Source: Cycas panzhihuaensis (Eukaryota > Plantae > Cycadophyta). From it: DNA of 64,000 nt. A program made the translations under genes and the position numbers. Every line of letters starts with the position of its first letter. The first letter of the stretch is position 1. The notes under the pieces are model-generated. The model ran no database searches and was not told where the DNA came from. It was given only the letters and a program-made list of their open reading frames with translations. Below, piece by piece: positions 55,355-64,000 of this stretch. The DNA lies in assembly GCA_023213395.1 (NCBI GenBank), contig CM041465.1, forward strand, positions 176,769,741-176,833,740, given 5' to 3'.

Positions 55355-56282
55355 TACCCATTGTGAGTGTGTGATGGGGACTACCATAGTTTAAACTCTT
55401 TAGAAGGTGAATTTATTGAGTCATCATTTATTTTTATTATAGAAATAGTAATGCCTAAATGTAGGTCTTAGGTGGAAAGTAAGTTTATACTCACTTGCAA
55501 AGTGTGCAACTAGTTTATACTCATTATGGAGTATGCAACTAATTTATAGTTTATGCTTATTACAATGTGTGTGTCCCTACCTAGGAGTGATATAACTAAG
55601 AGCAATGAAAATTAAGGATATGGAAGATAAGCAAGTTAGCTTTAATATTATTGCTATGAGAGATGTGTCGAATGCTAATGGATGGAAATTATATTATCAA
55701 AGAGGTAAATTGGTAAATGAGAATTGGAAATTTTAAAAATAAGTTAATTGGTCAGTTAGAAAATTGAAGGATAACATTAAGTGATTCTATGATTGTTATG
55801 TATTCTACTATGTTATTGGTTGCTTGAGGGAAGAGAAATCTTAAATTAGTAAGAATATTACCCCTTTGTTCACGGATAATCCATGTTGTGATGGAAGCCC
55901 TAGATTTTCTCGCCTCCTACCAATAGTATAGATGTTCAATGCTATGTTGGAGAAGGGACAAAAATTCAGAGATAATCTAATGAATAAAGGGAAGATATAG
56001 AAATCAACTATCAAGGATATGACTTAGACTAAATAGCTTAATTTGAATTATATAATTATGGAAAGAAATAGCCCCTATGGTTTGGTTTCACCATTGTAAC
56101 TACGTTTCCTAAACCTAAAATTTAAAATCTCTGAAGTGTTAAACCAATTTCAATCATAATCGAGACCATGGTGGACTCAAACAAGTAGATATGAAACTCT
56201 TGAACGATGCACATAATTGGACTCAAACTACGTATTTGTAGATGGAAATGAAGTCGACATGTGAGTTATCTTGGATGCCAAG

Positions 56283-57100
56283 TGTTGGGTATAATATTTA
56301 GATTAATATTTAATTCATTAATCATTACGTAGATTCCCCTTTTATGCTTTTATGACCTTTAAGATTTTTCTTATTATTATATTGTACTCATATTAATATG
56401 TATGCAAGTGGAATCTTGATTTATATGCAAAACCACTAAGAGCATACCATTGTTGATATTGAGAGATCTCACACACATATGAGTATCCTATATATGTATG
56501 CATATTATATTGTAATACAATAAGTAGAGTTCATTCTCATAGTTCATCTTTGTGTCTCATATTTCTTCTCTCAGGATGTAGTATTACTCTAATATCACAT
56601 CTAATGTTTGGTATCAAAGTTAGAATGAATTTTGATCCCTTGAAGGACCATCCATTCGATCATGGAATTCATTATTTGAGTAAAAAGTTTTATAGCTAGG
56701 TTCTTTATCAAGGAACATGTCTTAGTTCATATTTTCTTAGCACTTTTTCCATTATAGTGTGGAGGATTTGCATATAGTAACAAGTTATGTTTCTTTATAA
56801 TGTTGAATGCTGAAAATAACATGTGAGGACTACAAATTAGAGGATATATGCAACAATTAAAGTTTTCAATGTTGGACAATGGCAATGGAATGTTATAGAT
56901 CTAGAGCTACAAGTAGATCATGCAAAATAGAGGCCCATTGATGTGATAATGAGCCATAGGTCTGGCCGTTCCAACAACTCAAATATAGACTATTTTTTCT
57001 CTCTAAAAAAGTTGTAGTCATGTCATTGTATCTTCTATCTTTAGCCATTGTATTTGGCCATTTTTTGTTCTACAAGTTATGAATATTTGTCTGTAATCTA
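56283..57100 (+). mobile_element. LTR + PBS + decayed internal region of another LTR element
   Basis: TGTTGGG start at 56283 and TGGTATCAAAG at 56609-56619. No partner LTR recognised. Confidence 0.45.
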
Positions 57101-59789
57101 TCCACCATGATGTCTCTCCATCTAGGTCTACATCTATAGTATTATTTGATTTTAATAGAGTTATATATATATTGGTTTTAGCAAAGTGTAGCATTGATAT
57201 GTGCTTTATATAAGCAGTTACACAAGTATTTTTAATTATGTTTGATGGCGTTTAAGAATTAGTTCTGTCCATCTCCATCTTGTTTGGTGCTCTTCTATGG
57301 CTATTTTCATCTAAAATGTGGCAAAAGGTTAGGGCAATATGATTGCAACATTTTGGGATATTGTGTAAAACCTAGGGTATGGAGTTTTAACATGTGTAGA
57401 AAGACCCTATGATGCTAATTCAGGTATTCATGCACTTCTTGAGTGCAATGTCAAGGGAATATGGGTTATCTACCTAAGAGACTAAATTCAGGGCAGATTG
57501 TGTAGGGTTCATATATATCAAGATTAGTTCACAGTTGGGTTAGGATGAATCTTTCCCTTTTTGTTTTAATTCTTTTCAGTTTTTTCTATCAAATCTAAGG
57601 CAAACTATAGGAGCAAGAGTCACACACACTTAACACAAACTTTATATGTCTTCTTCTTTGTATGCATACAATCAATGCCCTATGCTAGTTTTGCGGCATA
57701 TGCCCTTGTGGATTTGAGACTCGCAATGACATGATCCCTTCTCATGTCTTGGGTTCGAGAAATAAGTAGGCAATAGGACCTACTCCCTACTCTTATTATG
57801 CAATACACATGCAAATGATAAAATGGAAAGAAGAAAATGCAACTCATTTTTTATTTCTTTTATTTTTTTTTAGGAGAGAAGGGGGGTATGAATATGTAAA
57901 ACTTTTCTCTCTTTTTTACTCTTTCCTTTGTTTTGATGAGAAGGCAAGAGAAGAAGAGGAGAGTAGGAAACAAAATAAAATGCCTTTTTCTTTTCCTTTC
58001 TTCTCTTTCTTTTCTTTTTCAAAAGACGAAGCAAAGTAAAACTATCTTTGTATTCTTTTCCTTTTCCTTTCTTTCCTTTTTTTTTCCCTTTTTTTTAAAC
58101 AAGATGCAAGTGACAATTCAAACCAATTAGGGCGTACCTGGTGGGATGGTAGTTGTAGCAGTCCAAATCTTCTCTTTGATGTATCAAGGGTGCTCTCAAG
58201 AGAATAAAATAATAAGCAAGATGTTACTTACAAAATGTACTGAAATTTTGGCAGCATTTCTATTTGCCGAATGGACTTATGACCGAAAAAAAGAGTGATG
58301 CAAGTGTGAAAATTTGAAAGAAAACATGGAAATCAAGTATTATTTTACCTTTCCAAGTGTTGGTTGATACAAGAGATCGTTATGATTTGTTTGGAGAAAG
58401 ATATGTGGCTAGAAGATCTTGCAAGTATCTTCCCTCTTTCTTCCAAACATGTTAGTAACCTATAAGAGGAGTAATCCTACAAGAAATTTAATGCTACTAG
58501 CATATGTGTCTCACAATCAAGTAATAATCAAATTGCTTCTAATAAGAAGAAGTAAGTCTTAATCTGTGAGACAAAATAGAAGGGATTGGTGGAGATGCCT
58601 CATAATGACTACCATCCCTAATATGTAAAGGGCCCTTAAGTGTACTTAGGTGCCTCCAAATTTTTACAACTTTTGGCAATAAGTAAAGCAACATGAAGGG
58701 GAAGAGGAAACATACACCAAATGGATGAAGTAGAACTATGAAACCAAGGAAAACTCAGTAGTAAATCCTACTATTCAGTCATATAATCATGGCATGATGG
58801 TGAAAACAAATGAAAATAAAAGGATTAACCATAATAAGGGGTGGATTGCCTATACTTTTTAGAGAATCTTTGGGCCAATGGTTGTTGTTTCTCTACTTGA
58901 AGGATTCCCAAATTGCTTATGGTATTATTCTTTCATTCTCCAAGTAGATACTAGTAAACTAGATTAAGTGCTCAAGTTTCTATAGAAAATTTGGCAGCAT
59001 GACAATAGGGTCTCACAATCTCAAAGGTCTCCTCCTCTCCTTTGGAAAAAGGAGGGCATTATATAGAAAAAATCAAGGTGGAAGGTTGGTGGTTTTCTGC
59101 CCATAATGTGGGGAAAATCATCAACCAAAAACCATAAGTTTTGTTCATGGTTTGAGAAATTTTATTTGGGAGAAGTAAGATTTTGGAGGATTTAGGCCTC
59201 TTAATCTTAACATGGCCTAACGTAGGGCTGACACAGCCTACATAGGCCTGACAATCGAGCATTTATGAGCTGACTATCCCCATAAATCCCAAATCTAGCT
59301 TGGTGATAGTTATACTATAAAGTACCTCGTAGTACCACTATTGCTAGCAAAAATTAGAGTGGTATGTAATAGTTTAGCATTTTTGTAATAAACAATCATG
59401 CAGCCATGTCTCTAACCCACAAATGACAGACTTTGGAGCAACAATAGTCAATAACTAGTGGGAAAGAGATGAAAACAAGACCCAATGGGTGAAAACAAGA
59501 TAAAAATTGACAAAGAAATAAAACTGCAAGTAAGGGGGGACCACTGTTTCTGGCTTAGAAAGCCTGATCAGTGGATTAAATGGCTATGGATTGAAGTCGT
59601 ACTTGTCACTGGTAAAGAGAGGGTATGGATAATCAACCAACTAATCCAACCTAGCATACATCAACCATATAATATTAAATAAAAACCAATAAGAAGTGAA
59701 AAGAGGTTGAGGAACATACCTATACTTTTTCATTTGCATATCCAATCTCATTCTTAGAAGCTAGAAAACATCATCTCATATTGTCCTTC

Positions 59790-60200
59790 TCTCCTTCAAT
59801 TTTCATAGAAGCTACTGGCTAAGTCTAGGAAGTTGCACTCTCACCCTCTAAACCCAATTTCCTAGATCTAGAGAAATTGCCTCCTGAATTACAATAGTTT
59901 AATTTTCAAATAAATCCACTTTCTTCACCTTATCCTTGTCCCAAATACTCTAATAACCTTGAGTAAGACATTCTTGGCGATGTTACACCTTGGATTTTAG
60001 CTTGAATTTTCCAAGGACCTAACAACATTAAAAGCCCAACTCCTGTTACCCCTAATAAACACTTTAAAAATCCTCTCTTACTTTCATGTGCCTTTCTCTC
60101 CAATGAAGCCCTCACTAATACAAGCTAAGATAATTTCAGTCGTGAAGTAGGTCCACTTGAAGGAGCCAACTACTAACCTTTTTGCTTAAAAGAGCTTCTA
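59790..60200 (-). pseudogene. FTSH2: Fragment of chloroplast FtsH2/8 (VAR2-type) protease gene, N-terminal part only
   Basis: Translates to VRASLE...KRGFLKCLLG..GVGL...QGVTSPRMSYSRLLEYL, then a +1 frameshift, then DKDKVKKVDLFEN*TIVIQEAISLDLGNWV*RVRVQLPRLSQ*LL*KLKE. This matches the FtsH2 transit/lumenal region (SSRMSYSRFLEYLDKD.V.KVDL.ENGT...RVRVQLPGLSQELLQKL). It carries stops and a frameshift and has no AAA or protease domain. Confidence 0.9.
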
Positions 60201-62241
60201 ATAATTGAAATGTCAGACCCACCAGTGTTATGTTCTACCTTTGGTTATTGCACAAAGTTCTTAGATAAATGAGTTACTCCTGATTAGCTATGTGTAGAGA
60301 CAAACTATATTGCACCATCCATAACAGTTGATACAAATCTAGAGCTTGTATGAGGTTGTTGTTATTTATCGTCAACCTACTTATGTATCAATCTAGAGCC
60401 ACCTCCATGTACCACAAATGAAGATATATCTGTGCTAGATGATATAGTAGCAACAAACACTACCAAATTTTTGGATGCATCAAAAGGCAATGCAAAAGAG
60501 GCATTTGAAACAATCTCTGTTAGTGCCTTTGATGATTTTGAAATAAGAGAGTATATTCTAGGGCTACCCATTATGCTTATTTGGGAAGTATGAGCTAATA
60601 TTGGAGACAAAAGCCAACTAAGATAGGTAGTGCAATAGTTGTTGCTTTTATTCTTGGGTAGATGAGATTGGGGGGGAGATGTGATAGAATTTGTCACAAC
60701 AATGGTTGCTAATGTAGTTGAGAATGTGCCCTTAGAGTTCTAAAATATCCTTGCCAATACATGGATGGCATGGCTAGGCTTGCCCAATTCACATTCGTTG
60801 TAGGAGGTATTCCCCATGTTCTCATTCCTCCTAGCAGTTGATTAAGCAAAGGAAGACTATTCTTTAATGGTAAAGGTTGCCATCCATTGTATAGAGACCT
60901 TGAGGGAACTACTACAGGTGATAAGATGAGGGAGAAATAAGATCAATTTGATTGCCTCTTGGAAATAACCATCTTCTTGCACACCAAAGCCCTCATTTAT
61001 CATGCCATTCTCTACAATATTACGCTCTATCATCAACCTGCATGAGAAAACATAGTTGTGACCTATAACATGAAGATTCCATAGCCATTGTTGCCACATA
61101 AAACACCTATAACACGAATACAAATACAAGAAGCAATCATCACTGTCAACCGAGTTGAATACAAACATGTAGAAATGACAAAATGGCAAAAATGTTAAGG
61201 TTATATTTTGGCAAATGTTTGTTTTAAAGAAATTTTGATATGTTTTGAAATCTGTTGGTGGGGTTAAAAAAAAATTCAAATGTTTTCAAAAAGTTTAATT
61301 AAATTTTATTATTAGTTGGAGTCTATAACCCCTCACTTGCTAGTGGACGGTCATATGGAAGTGACAGGATGACCAAGAGCCCAATGTTAAAGGGGTTAAT
61401 TTTTTTTTTTAAATGTTTTTTTCTTAAATTTTTAAATACTCGTCTACACTATTTTCATGATATCTTTTTTATATGGACTTTGATTTTAAGTTTGTTAGTT
61501 GTATTAGAACCATCTTTCACCCCTCTTCGAAATGACTACTTATTTGACACCATTTGAGTCTATCTTGTAAGTAAGAATGTAGTCTAAATTTGAGTTAAAA
61601 TTTCTTATACACTTAATAAATATTGAAATTAGTGCCATGTAAAGCATTGAAGTCCATGCTTAACTATTTAATGCCATCATCTTATATGAAGACTAAAGTT
61701 TAATGCTATGTCACACAAGTTCATTTCAAAATTAGGCCTAAAATGACTAAGTTTGGTGATTTTTGGCACCTAAGAGGTGAGCAATGATAATATAATTATT
61801 GATTTGGCATGTAAGACCTTAAAAAAGGCATTGCATATATTGGTTAAGTGTTAAAAGCCAAAGATGTATGACAAATTTGAAGAGTTTAGTATAAAGGAGA
61901 GCCCTTTTGTTGGCTAATAAAATGATCAACACAGTTAGAAATAGTTAAAATAGGTTTAGAAATGGCTAAAACGACTCAAAAATGATAAAAAATAGGTCTA
62001 AAATGGCTAAAAAATGACCAGAAATGGGCCCAGAATGGCTAAATTTGCTAAAAAATGACCATAAATGAGCCCAAAACATCTAAAATAGCCCTAGAAATAA
62101 ACCAAAATGGGCTCAGGAACAATCCTTAGAATGCATGATAGGATACATACCTTTTTATGTATGTTAGCAGATGGAACATACCAAAATGATATACATGATC
62201 AGAATGGACTCAAATGCGCCTAAAATTTATGACATTAGCAA

Positions 62242-62430
<189 letters not shown>

Positions 62431-62576
62431 AAGAATACATAGATTAGTAGTGTTAATTATGTGTTAAGTGAAAAAGCATGTGTTATGAAAAGGAATGGTT
62501 ATGACCATGGGTGATAAGCCTTCATCCAAAAGACACTAAAATGGGTATTTAATGGCACTTTTCTCACTATTCCAGT

Positions 62577-62765
62577 GGTGAGAGCCAAGTGATTCAATCT
62601 TATATTACATTCTTAAGTGTAAGATCCGAGTGATACAATCTTATGTCACATTCTCAAGGGTGAGAGTTGAGTGATTTAATATTATGTTACATTCTCAAGG
62701 ATGAGAGCCAATTTATTCATTCCATGGAATGTTCTTAAGGGTGAGATCCAAGTATTTAATCCATG
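62577..62765. repeat. 41-bp minisatellite, ~4.6 copies
   Basis: Units start at 62577, 62618, 62659, 62700 and 62740 (GGTGAGAGCCAAGTGATTCAATCTTAT.TTACATTCT.AAG). Confidence 0.9.
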
Positions 62766-64000
62766 AGGCAGTATGACAGTAAGAGTACTAAGAAGGATAG
62801 TATGGATTAGAGACCCAATAGATGCATTCCCTTTTGGAATACATGTGAAAGAATCTTGTATATGTGGTTGGAATGTATAAAAAAAACATTCGAGAACTAA
62901 ATGTATGAGGCATATTGCTTAATAAAGTAAAGAGTTATATGGAATATTATGTCTTATGCATACCATGATGATTGTATAGTGAATACCTACTATTTGATGT
63001 ATTGCTATATGGAATTTATGATGATATTATGATAAATTAAGGATGAATGTGTGATAACCTTGTGTGTGTGAAGCATGCTGATTGTATCCTAAGTTAGACT
63101 ACCAACCAATGATCTCTTGATAAGTGCATTTCTCATAAGTATGATAAGAAAATATAAATCAACATTGGTTCTATTACCTACGTCCACTAAGGAGGGACTA
63201 GGCTAGGAGTTTCACAAGGGTAGTATATTCAAAAGGCAAGGAACCCTAATTGTCATCATGATGGCAAGCTGTAACTAAGCCTTCAAGTGCTAAGGGACCT
63301 TCCAATGACACCAAAGAGGCCTTTAATGGCAAGAGAGCCATAAAAAGGTACTTTAACCAAAGGAAAAGGAATGAGTAGATAAAGGGCACTATGATGGTCA
63401 AAGGAATCTAAATTAAGAAGGGCAAAGGGATTGAGCTAGAAAAATAATGAGAGTAAGGGACAATTTGTTGAAGAATTTAAGGCAAGTGGAGCCCATACAC
63501 CTCAAGAATAGGAAGAAGAAATAAATGGGGAATAAATGGTACTAACACTTACCCCAATTCGATCTGACTTTATAAGCCCATAAAAAGAGGAAAATTCATA
63601 AGGAAAATTAGAGCAAAGTGATATTACAAATGAAACCCTAGGAAAAGAGAAACATATAAATGTGGATGGTACCAACCTAAGCAATAACGAGAAAAAGACA
63701 GAGGAAGGTACCTCAACAGACTGGGAGAATAAATTAATAAGATAATTATTTGAAGATTCATCGAACAAGGGATCCGAACAATCATATTTAGTGGTCACAC
63801 TATTAATGGTATAAGTGCTAGGAGTACCTGAACCTATTAATCTAAAAGTATCATTTCAAAATCCTTTATTTGGAAGAGATAGTGCTACACTAAGCACTTC
63901 GAATATATCACCTAAAGTAAAGAGTGAGGAGAAAGGAACAAAATCTCTGAAGAAGTCAAATTCAAAGGGAGAAAGGTCACCACCATTGGGAAGGACACTA

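Noticed and set aside
62577-62765. CRISPR-like periodicity
   Set aside because: The units are contiguous homologous 41-mers with no unique spacers, there are no cas genes, and the context is eukaryotic.
63230-64000. Purine-rich gag-like sequence at the window end
   Set aside because: No diagnostic motif within the window.

Overview
Eukaryotic, AT-rich, heavily methylation-decayed plant nuclear DNA; a large-genome seed plant, gymnosperm-like, is my inference and is not proven. There is one intact host gene: a 7-exon F-box/LRR gene of the FBL3 (Arabidopsis RAE1/RAH1) family, + strand 35546-38823, 646 aa, with a CpG-rich promoter. Around it are mostly nested, degenerate retroelements. These are a non-autonomous LTR element carrying a 2.8-kb (TA)n tract (2744-8075), a decayed chromovirus-type Ty3/gypsy element (8759-15260, -), an internally deleted copia derivative with a perfect TSD (16081-18505), two near full-length RNase H-bearing L1 LINEs with TSDs (19879-26324 +, 48625-54522 -), a very young tRNA-derived SINE (32384-32707), a copia remnant whose LTRs contain an extra PBS (45421-55354), and a pseudogenised FtsH2 fragment (~59790-60200, -). 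Best lead for something undescribed: both L1s have a splice-donor-initiated AT-rich patch just after an ATG. In the second L1, removing a 58-nt GT-AG segment joins ATG-GAG-CTA-G in frame to an ORF1 that otherwise lacks a start codon at its N-terminus. Other leads are the SINE/L1 partnership, the AUG-stop and overlapping uORFs of the F-box gene, and the double-PBS LTR. No prokaryotic systems or CRISPR arrays are present. All long Y/I-rich ORFs are microsatellite artefacts.
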